Source of the DNA: Dipteris shenzhenensis
Taxonomy: Eukaryota
Length of the DNA stretch: 64,000 nucleotides
NCBI GenBank assembly: GCA_047967505.1
Contig: CM106538.1
Direction: 5' to 3' (one strand)
The translations under genes and the position numbers were made by a program. Position 1 is the stretch's first letter; every line of letters begins with the position of its first letter. Below are positions 54,311 through 64,000 of this stretch, piece after piece. The notes under the pieces are model-generated. The model was given only the letters and a program-made list of their open reading frames with translations. It searched no databases and had not been told where the DNA came from.

Positions 54311-56809
54311 CATGGAATTTTGATTAGATTGCCACCACCCTTGGATAAGAAGCACATCAAGAAAGGCTGCAAGACTTGAATGGCAATGCCTTCCAAGACA
54401 ATCATATGATTGCGTAGGACTATACCATGGTATACTTTTGAAAGTAAATACCCAAATGCAGATGTCAAACTTGCATACAAGGCATCCCTTTGTGATTCTA
54501 TCATGAACAGGATCTGCCATAGGACCTTCTATGATAAACTGCACAAGTTCAACTATCCGTGACACTGCAAGGTCTTGCAATTCAGCTATGAAAAATACAC
54601 ATGGCTTCTCCCAAGCATGACCACTCATTGTTATGAAATGCGTTGTATCAATGCCATTGATGTGTGCAAAATTTGTATCATTCTTTGATGGCAAGATATC
54701 ATAGGAGAAGCTGAATGGAGAACCATCATCTAAACCACCAATTGCTCTACCTTGGGCACTGAACTGCAAGGCCTTTTTCTTGATGTCCATATATTCTATC
54801 TCAACAATCTTTGGCATTTTAGCTCTTAGATCCTTTGTTGGTGTGGCATCTGCATCCATTGAAGCCAACCACTTTCTAGCCCATGTCTTATCAAGGAGTT
54901 GACCTAGGCTAAGTGCTTTCTTCTTATCCACATTAATTGACTTGCCAGCTAACTCATCATCAGATTTCAATAAAAACAATAGTGCTGAGAGAGCAGCCTC
55001 ACTTTGAATCATTCGGGTGACCACTTCATCCAAGTTGCTATGCTTGCTCTTCTTTCCAAAGAAGCAGTCACCACTTAGGATCTTCTTGCATACTTCTATT
55101 ATTGCATCTGGAACAAACCTTAATGCTCTCCACCAAACAATAAACATCGGTTTCATTATTTATTTCTTTCCTTTGAGTTGCAATGTGCTCTGGTGCCTCA
55201 AAGGATATCTTTCCTGTTTCATATGCTTGGCAAACATCCACTATGCTCTGAAACACTGAGTCCTCGCAGAAGACAATGCAAGTAACATCCCTGTATCTTG
55301 CAATGGTAGTGTTCAAATCCTTTGCCTCAACCTTATTACTTGGTATGCCTTGCGTATTGCTTACAACACCTTTCAAGCATCTATAGAACCGAGTCCTCTT
55401 TACCAAGTACTTAAATGTAGGTCTCCTGCCCTTCACTGTTTGTGGCTTTCCACAGCCCACCCATAACTCCCTTGCCTTTATCAGGATCTCAGAAAGAGAA
55501 GAGCTTTTGTTCAACCTAAATGGAGCAGAATTCAGCCTTTCTGATTCTAGAATGTACTTCGAGTCATCGTTAAATATGCATACATGACAAATGACCCGTT
55601 GAAACTTTTCCATCCACTCAATTTGTGGCAGGTTTCCTTTTCTTCCCTCATCAAGGGCGATCCTGCAAGCTTCACAAAAGTGTTGCCCATCAATGGGCTC
55701 AAACGTGCATCTTTCCAAGAATCTATTCTTGGCGAGCATGTATCTCTTCTCGATGTCAGTCCCATATTGGCTTTGGTACAAAGACCTCCACGAACAAAGC
55801 CACTCCTTCTAAAGTTCTCAAAAGCATCATGAAAGTCCACGTGCTTTTGAAATGTGACATCAAGTAATGTAGGATCATCTTCTTGAAGTCTCTTAAATGG
55901 CATAGGACGAAGAGTGATATTAGTGGCAACTAGAGTTCTTGTTTTCCTCGTATCTTCATGCAATTTGCGTGCAAATGTCATATCTAGCTTTCTTTGATTT
56001 GTGAATAACGAAGCTCGATCAATAAGCATTGTGGCCATGCTGAATTGTGAAAATCCCCAAATGTACCCCTCATCCTCTGGAGGATGTAAGTTGGCCACAC
56101 TTATAGAAAAGTCTACGAGACTTATATCTTCTTCTTGCGGATCCTCTTGATCATCACTATCCAATTTTTCGCCTGGTTTTAAATAACCTGCACTTGAATG
56201 ATTTGCACGTGGAGTTGGAGTTATTTTTGCTCTCTTTCTGGGAATAGATGTGGAACTTGAATCTACTCCACGATCACTCCTTGTTCTTGTAGTTGCAACA
56301 GTCGATGGTGTAGGTACAGTTGGAGATACTGTAATTACTGCTGCAGATATTGTAGTTACTCTTGTCGGAGATACCGTAGTTATCGCCACAGATATTGGTG
56401 GTACAACTTGAGGGTTACATGTTATAGATGGCGTACTTACTGCTGCTGAAGGTACAACACCACCACTTGGAAATGCATTCCACATTTTCTTCAATGCTTC
56501 CAAGGCACTAAGTAATTCTTGGGATCCCTCAATTGAATTTGGTAAGGGCTTCAAGAAGTGCTTGTGTGTAACTCATAACTTGTAGACTACATCGTCATTC
56601 TTCCCTTTGCACACAACTTCTATCAAATTGTTTTCTTTAATGTTGACGGTTGAGACCATGCCAACATTTCTTATTGCCTCTGGAGAATATTTCACGCTTG
56701 ACACATTCTCGGCAGTGATCACCAAAAAATACTTTGATTTGCACTCCATAAAATACCAAGCATTTTCAAGATATTTGAAAGACACCTTGGAACCAAAACT
56801 CGAAGCCAT
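54310..56809 (-). pseudogene. Unknown long ORF, copy 1 (S/T/P-rich linker, basic RKRAK motif, ParB/Srx-like PIDGQH motif), with 1 stop and 2 frameshifts
   Basis: Consecutive ORFs 56573-56836, 55547-56554, 55068-55781 and 54281-55156 join into one frame when compared with copy 2. ATG at 56809 lies just after a TGCAG acceptor. Confidence 0.8.
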
Positions 56810-56849
56810 AGTTTCCTGCAGAGCAATCAAAAACAAAAAATGAGAATAA

Positions 56850-57385
56850 CAATGATTTTCAAACTCAAAATATTAAAAAAATTGCTAATTAAATATTTAA
56901 ATATTAAAAATTAAAAATTAATTAAAAATTTACAAGTTTAAATATATTTAAAAAAATATATTTTTATATTTATAGATGCTATTTTTTAATCTAATATTTT
57001 TTTACATAAATAATTTAATTCAAAATATTTTATAAACAGATAAAAAAATTTAATTTAATTTTTCTAAAAATTTATTTGATTTAAAGAAAATTTATTTTAT
57101 TTATTTAAATTTATTTATTTATATATCTATATATATTTAAAATTTAATTTATTTTTACTAAAAATTTTTAAAATTTTTAAAATTTATTTAATTTTAATTT
57201 TTAAATTAAAATAAATTTATTAATTTAATTTAAAAAAAATAAAAAAATGAAAAATAAATAACTAAAAAAAATTAAATTATTTTTTTTATTTTTTTATTTC
57301 ATTTTTTTATTTTTTAGTTATTTATTTTTCATTTTTTTATTTTTTTAAAATTAAATTAATTAAATTTATTTTTTTAGTTTTTTTT
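56850..57385. repeat. Extremely AT-rich low-complexity tract with an internal inverted repeat
   Basis: Almost only A/T. 57208-57270 is the reverse complement of 57310-57370. Confidence 0.85.
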
Positions 57386-57469
57386 TGAGCCCTGAAGGAC
57401 CCCCACTTAAGGAGAGGAGGGGATTACCCTCCCAAACTGTTGCGTGCGCAAGAGGTTGGGGGTTAATCC

Positions 57470-58862
57470 CCCGCCCTCCCCTCCCCTCCTCTCCCATCTA
57501 CCCGTCCCTCCCCTCTCCTCCCGCCTCCCTGTCTCTCCCCTCCCCTCCTGTCTCGGTTAATCCCCTGCCCTCGCCTCCCCTCCTCTCCCATCTGCCCGCC
57601 CCTCCCCTCTCCTCTTGCCTCCCCATCTCTCCCCTCCCCTCCCGTCTCCCCTCCCTGCCCCTCCTCTCTCCTCCCTGCCCATCTCCCCTCCTTGCCCCTC
57701 CCGTCGTCCTTACTCCCCTCCCCTCTTGCCTCCCCTCCCCTCCTCCCCTCTCGCCTCCCCCCCTAACCCCTCCTGCCTCCCCTCCCCCCCTCCCCTCTCG
57801 CCTCCCCTCCTGCCTCCCCTCCCCTCCCCGCCCCTCCCATCCTCCTTCCCGCCCTCCATCCCCTCTCGCCTCCCCTCCCCACCCCTCACGCCTCCCCGGA
57901 CGCCTCCTGCGACAGGGAGGGGGGAGGGGCGGGGAGGCAGGAGGGGCGAGGGGAGGGGCGAGAGGAGGGGCAGGGAGAGGAGGGGAGAGGGGAGGGGCGG
58001 GGAGGGGAGAGGCAGGGTTAACCCCCCCATCCCCTCTCCCCTCCCCTCCCTGCCCCTCCCCCCTTGCCTCCCCTCTCCCCTCCCCTCTCGCCCCTCCCGC
58101 CTCCCCGCCCTGACCCTCCCCTCCCCTCTCGCCCCTCCCGCCTCCCCGTCCCGTCCCTCCCCTCTCGCCCCTCTCGCATCCCCACCTTGCCCCTCCCCTC
58201 CCCCCTCGCCCCTCCCCTCTCCCCTCCCCTCCCCGCCCTGCCCCTCTCGCCCCTCCTGCCCTTGCCCCTCCCCTCCCCTCCCTGCCTCGCCCCTCTTGCC
58301 CCTCCCCTCTCCCCTCCCCTCCCTGCCTCGCCCCTCCCCTCCCTGCCCCGCCCCTCCCCTCTCGCCTCCCCTCCCTACTCCTCCCTCGCCTCGCCCCTCA
58401 CCTCCCCCTCCCGCTCGGAGGGAAAATGGGAGAAGAGGGGAGGGGAAGCGGGAGGAGAGGGAGGAAAGGAGGGGAGGGGAGGGGAGGGGAGGGGAAAGCG
58501 AGAGAAGAGGGGAGGAGAGGGGAAGGGAGGGGAGGGGAGGGAAAGGAGGGGAGGGGAGGGGAGGGGGAAGCGAGAGGAGAGGGGAAGGGAGGAAGGGAGG
58601 GGAGGGGGAAGTGGGAGGAGAGGGGAAGGGAGGGGAAGGGCAAGCGGGAGGAGGGAGAGGACAGGGGAAAAGAGGAGGAGGGGAGGGGAAGGGAGGAGAG
58701 GGGAAGGGGGAAGCGAAAGGAGGGAGGGGGGAGGGGAGAGAGAAAGCAGGAGGAGAGGGGATGGAAAGCGGGAGGAGGTGGGAAGGGAGGAGAGGGGATG
58801 GGAAGCGGGAGGAGAGGGGAAGGGAGGGGAGGGAGGAGAGGGGAAGGGAAAGGAGGGAGGGA
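57470..58862. repeat. Alternating polypyrimidine (CCCCT-like) and polypurine (GGGGA-like) tracts
   Basis: C-rich about 57470-57900 and 58022-58412; G-rich about 57914-58015 and 58417-58862. Confidence 0.95.
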
Positions 58863-58929
58863 GTACCTGGGTGGGAAGGTGGTGGAGGAGCTCCAAGAAA
58901 GTTGTGAGAGAGAATGAGGAGAAGTAGAG

Positions 58930-58937
58930 TTTTATAG
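58930..58937 (-). promoter_or_regulatory. Putative TATA box of the unknown ORF
   Basis: CTATAAAA on the minus strand, followed by a CT-rich leader and a CAG|GTAC donor at 58867/58866. Confidence 0.45.
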
Positions 58938-59021
58938 TTCAAGCAACAGGTTGGGGGTGCACCCCTAACCGTATATCCAATCTGTTGCACAAATCAAGAA
59001 AAATCTTGATTTGTGCAACAA

Positions 59022-59253
59022 GTTGTATTTTAGGGTTAGGGTTTAGGGGTTAGGGTTTAGGGCTATGGTTTAGGATTTAGGATTTAGGGTTTACGGTTAG
59101 GGTTTAGGGTTTAGGGTTTAGGATTTAGAGTTTAGGGTTTAGGGTTTAGGATTTATTGTTTAGGAGTTTAGGATTTAGGGTTTAGGAATTATATGTTTAA
59201 AGTTTAGGATTTATGGTGGTTAAGATGTTTTGGTATTAATTGTTTAAAGTTTA
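59022..59253 (+). repeat. Degenerate interstitial TTTAGGG tract (left arm of inverted repeat)
   Basis: TTTAGGG/TTTAGGA/TTAGGG units followed by a unique ~60-bp tail shared with the right arm. Confidence 0.92.
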
Positions 59254-61059
59254 TCCAACCAACCGTAAATCCAATCTGTTGCACAAATCAAGAAAATTCT
59301 TAATTTGCACAATTTTCTTGATTTGTGCAATAGGTTGGATATATCCAATACTAGGTATGATCCTTTGCAAAGGCTTTACTTTAAGTAATTATAAGTCTAC
59401 CTAGTTAAAGTATCCTACTTATTAGGGACAAGCACATAGGCTAAAAGCACACCGATTCATATTTTCTTACATTCATGCTGCATGGTGTATCAGAAGAAAT
59501 GAAGAAGTATGTGATAAGAAATATTCATAAGAAATATGTATTCCATATCATGGATTCATACCATGGATATTTAGTGGTTGCTAAAGTAGAAAAATGATAT
59601 GGATTCAATGATACTGTAGTTTTGTACAAAGCCTTAAACAAAGTTTAAGGCTTTTGCAAATTATTACATATTGTAACAAAGATAAGCAAGTATCCTAAAC
59701 CTCTTCCAGATTCTATGGTTTTAAATACCTACCTTATAAATACATTATCTAATTCTTCATTCTTTGACTAACAAGTATTATACACATGGAAGAAAAGCAT
59801 ACATGCTAAAAGTACTCGTGTAAATTTTAATCTTTTCTTATTTTTTAAACTAATTTAATTCTTTGATTGAATACGTTTTTAAAATTTAAAGGTTATTAGT
59901 ATATAACATAGGTAATTTTAAATGTTATTAATGTATAATATTAATAATTTATATATTTATTTAAATTTATACATGAAATACATTATATTTATATTAGTTT
60001 TTAAGTTAATAATGTATATTTCTATTAAAACTAAAATTTAATATCTAGTTAATAGCAAGAAGAATATTGTAGAGATTTTTCATATTAAGAACTACCTTAC
60101 AAATACATTCACTAATTCTTCATTGTTTTAAGCATAAGTATTTTATAAAGCACATATGCTAGAAGACTTTCCATTCAAAAATATTTTCATTGTTATATTT
60201 TTTAAATTAATGTATTTATATATTTTTTTATATAATAATTATATAATATTTATACTAATTTATAGATTAACAATATATATTTTTAGCAAAATTATATTTT
60301 AATATTAGTTAATAAAAATTTATTATATTATGGAGCAAAAATATTATAAATGGATTTCTTATATTAATAAAGTGTCGTGAGAAGAGTTTTTGGAGAGATT
60401 TATGGTTAAATTTTGTTTTGAAGTTCTTGCATACGCAATAGGTAGCGAGGTTTGAGTGGTTTTGAGGTTGAGAGAGAAATTTGTCATAGATTGTTTTCTA
60501 ATTTATTTTTTTGAAAAATTATTACGTGCCCAATAGGTTGAGAGAGTTTGAGGTTGAGAGAAATTTGTGACAATAGGTTGTGAGAGTTTAAGGTAAAGAG
60601 GGAAATTTGTGTGAAAAAAGATTTAATGCAAAAGATGGTTTTTTGAAGTTGTTGCATACACAACAAGTTTTTGAGAAAAGAATTGGATTTGAGAAAAAAT
60701 TCAAATTTACAAAAACTTGATTCTTAGAAGTTCTTGCTTATGCAATAGGTTGGAAATGACCTCACCTCTTGCAACATTTTGAAAATTTTGAGGATCCTGC
60801 AACAGGTTGATGAGAGGAGAGAAGCATGGAGTGTGAAAGAATGAACTTTGAATGAAAGAGAGAATGAAGAACGTTCTACTTATGGTGAACCTAAAAGAAC
60901 TTAAAAAACCACATCCATACCGCATCCATGCCCTCTGTTAGCATGAATACCTGTTTTATGTACAAAAATAGATTAACAACTTAAAAAAAGACACAATAAA
61001 TAATCATTGAGCTTATTATTACTTAATAAATTTTATATCAAAACCAGCAGAGAAGGCAT

Positions 61060-61272
61060 TAAACCTAAACCCTACATCCTAAACTTTAAACAATTAATAC
61101 CAAAACATCTTAACCACCGTAAATCCTAAACTTTAAACATTTAATTCCTAAACCCTAAATCCTAAACTCCTAAACAATAAATCCTAAACCCTAAACTCTA
61201 AATCCTAAACCCTAATTCCTAAATCCTAAATACTAAATCCTAAGCCCTAAACCCTAATCCTAAAATACAACC
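61060..61272 (-). repeat. Degenerate interstitial CCCTAAA tract (right arm of inverted repeat)
   Basis: Reverse complement matches 59022-59253, including variant units and the non-telomeric tail. Confidence 0.92.
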
Positions 61273-61289
61273 AAAATTTTATGAAGGAT

Positions 61290-61880
61290 CAACCTGTTGC
61301 TCAAGCAATAGGTTGGGGGATATATCCAACTTGTTGCACAAATCAAAAAAATTGTAAAAATCAAGAATTTTCTCGATTTGTGCAACAGATTGGATATATG
61401 GTTGGGGGTGCATCCCCAACCTGTTGCTTGGGGGATATATCCGACCTGTTCCACAAGTCAAGAATTTTCTTGATTTGTGCAATAGGTTGGATTGAGCAAT
61501 AGAGTGGGGGATATATCCAACCTGTTGCACAAATCAAGAAAATTCTTGACTTGTGGAACAGGTTGGATATATGGGGGGTATATCAACCTATTGCACAAAT
61601 CAAGAAAATTCTTGACTTGTAGAATAAGTTGTATATATCCCCCAACCTATTGCTTGAGCAACAGGTTGGGGGATATATCCAATCTCTTGCACAAATCAAG
61701 AAAATTATTGATTTGTGCAACAGGTTGGACATCCCCCAACCGTGTTGCACAAATCAAGAAATTTATTGATTTGTGCAACAAGTTGGATATCCCCCAACTT
61801 GTTGCTCAAGCAACAGGTTGGGGATGCACCCCCAACCGTATATCCAATCTATTGAACAAATCAAGAAAATTCTTAATGTT
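61290..61880. repeat. Array of ~7 palindromic units TTGCACAAATCAAGA-N4-TCTTGATTTGTGCAA with CAACAGGTTGG/GGATATATCC linkers
   Basis: Copies at about 61332, 61449, 61523, 61591, 61687, 61743 and 61852 (partial), with further copies at 58983 and 59279. Confidence 0.92.
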
Positions 61881-61915
61881 TTTTGCAGTGACAAAATATT
61901 TTGCAGTGTTCTGTA

Positions 61916-62335
61916 ATGGCGTCTGATTCTCTTTCACAGATTGTCACTGAAAAGCTTGACAAGAACAACTTCCAAGCATGGAAGTTTACAAAGACGAATT
62001 TCCTTATGGGAAAAGGCTACTGGGAGTTCATTACAGGAAATGAAGAAGAACCAGTTCTTCCTAATGTTCGCAATCAACAGGAAATGCAGGCATTTAAAGG
62101 ATGGCATGAGAGAGCCAGAAAAATTATGTACTGGCTGTCTATCAGTATTTCAGATTCAATGATTGTGCATATTCAGGATGCAAGTACGCCAAAGGTGGCA
62201 TGGGATACTTTGGCTAAAATGTACAGCACAAATACGCAGGCCAGGAAAATGCAGCTCAAGCAGGAGCTGCACAATGTGCAGAGAGAAAATATGAGCATCA
62301 ATGACTACCACATGAAGGTGAAGAAAATTGCTTAA
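61916..62335 (+). pseudogene. Ty1/copia gag N-terminal fragment
   Basis: EKLDKNNFQAWKF..FLMGKGYWEFITG..KVAWDTLAKMY..LKQELHN..SINDY. No LTR or PBS seen. Confidence 0.9.
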
Positions 62336-64000
62336 TGAACTCCACCAAACAATAGACATCGGTTTCTTTATTTCTTTCCTCTGAGTTGCAGTGTGCTCTG
62401 GTGCCTCAAAGGATATCTTCCCTGTTTCATATGCTTGGCAAACATTCACCATGCTCTGAAACACTGAGTCCTCACAGAAGACAATGCAAGTAACATCCCT
62501 GTATCTTGCAATGGCGGTGTTCAAATCCTTTGCCTCAACCTTATTACTTGGTATGCCTTGCGTATTACTTACAACACCTTTCAAGCATCTATAGAATCAA
62601 GTCCTCTTTGCCATGTACTCAGATGTAGGTTCCCTGCCCTTCACTGTTTGTGGCTTTCCACAGCCCATCCATAACTCCCTTGCCTTTATTAAGATCTCAG
62701 AAAGAGACGAGCTTTTTTTCAACCTAAATGGAGCAGAATTTAGCCTTTCCGATTCTAGAATATACTTTGAGTCATCGTTAAATATGCATATATGACAAAT
62801 GACCCGTTGAAACTTTTCCATCCACTCAATCTGTGGCAAGTTTCCTTTTCTTCCCTCATCAAGGGCAATCCTGCAAGCTTCACAACAGTCTTGCCCATCA
62901 ATGGGCTCAAACCTACATCTTTCCAAGAATCTATTCTTTGCCAGCATGTATCTCTTCTCGATGTCAGTCCCATATTGGCTTTGGTACAAAGCCTCTCCAT
63001 GAACAAAGTCACTCCTAAAGTTCTCAAAAGCTTCAAGAAAGTCCACGCGCTTTTGAAATGTGACATCAGGCAATGTAGGATCATCTTCTTGAAGTCTCTT
63101 AAATGCCATAGGATGAAGAGTGATATTAGTGGCAACTGGAGTTCTTGTTTTCCTCATATCTTCATACAATTTGTGTGCAAATGTCTTATCTAGCTTTTTT
63201 TGATTTGTGAACAATGAAGCTCGATCAATAAGCATTGTGGCCACGCTGAATTGTGAAAATCCCCAAATGTGCCCCTCATCCTCTGGAGGATGTAAGTCTG
63301 CCACACTTATAGAAAAGTCTTCGAGACTTGTATCTTCTTCTTGCGGATCCTCCTGTTCATCGCTATCCAATTTTTCGCTTGGTTTTAAATAACCTGCACT
63401 TGAATGATCTGCACGTGGAGTAGGAGTTATTTTTGCTCTCTGGAAATAGTTGTAGAACTTGAATCTACTCCATGATCACTCCTTCTTGTTCCTGTAGTTG
63501 CAGCAGTCGATGGTGTAGGTACAGTTGGAGATACTGTAGTTTCTGCCACAGATATTGTAGTTACTCTTGCCGGAGTTACTGTAGTTATCGCCACAGATAT
63601 TGGCGATACAACTTGAGGATTACATGTTATAGATGGCATACTTACTATTGCACTTACTGTTGCTGAAGGTACAACACCACCACTTGGAAATGCATCCCAC
63701 ATTTTCTTCAATGCTTCTAAGGCACTAAGTAATTCTTGGGATCCCTCAATTGAATCTGGTAAGGGCTTCAAGAAGTGCTTGTGCGTAACTCGTAACTTGT
63801 AAACCACCTCATCATTCTTTCCTTTGCACACAACTTCTATCAAATTGTTTTCTTTGATGTTGATGTTTGAGACCATGCCACCATTTCTTACTGCCTCTAG
63901 AGAATATTTCACGCTTGACACATTGTCTGCAGTGATCACCAAAAAATACTTTGATTTGCGCTCCATAAAATACCAAGCATTTTCAAGGTATTTAAAAGAC
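62331..64000 (-). pseudogene. Unknown long ORF, copy 2 (3'-truncated; 5' start just outside the window)
   Basis: ORFs 63427-63966, 62597-63370 and 62156-62584 are colinear with, and highly similar to, 55120-56783. Confidence 0.85.

Noticed and set aside
57385-58990. Long Pro-rich and Gly/Arg/Glu-rich ORFs (up to 430 aa) on both strands
   Set aside because: Artefacts of stop-free C/T and G/A low-complexity tracts; open in several frames at once.
59022-61272. True chromosome end or simple telomere fusion site
   Set aside because: Tracts are short and degenerate, separated by 1.8 kb, and share a non-telomeric tail.
61290-61880. CRISPR-like array of palindromic repeats
   Set aside because: The linkers are themselves repeated and not unique spacers, spacing is irregular, there are no cas genes, and the context is eukaryotic.

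Overview
Repeat-dense land-plant nuclear DNA (spliceosomal introns, TTTAGGG-type repeats; the lineage cannot be fixed from sequence alone). The only clearly intact host gene is an 8-exon catalase (44047-46526, +). Most of the rest is nested, decayed transposons: three Ty1/copia remnants plus a gag fragment, LINE remnants, a chromodomain-bearing Ty3/gypsy element, two related solo LTRs with 5-bp TSDs, two small non-autonomous LTR elements, a foldback MITE-like element, a hAT transposase remnant and a Helitron RepHel remnant. The least explained region is 54.3-64 kb. It holds two copies of an unknown long ORF with a ParB/Srx-like 'PIDGQH..EA' motif, and the copies carry complementary lesions. 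Copy 1 has a plausible TATA box, a non-coding exon and a leader intron filled with foldback low-complexity DNA. Directly upstream lies an inverted-repeat structure built from degenerate telomeric repeats and arrays of a 34-bp palindrome.
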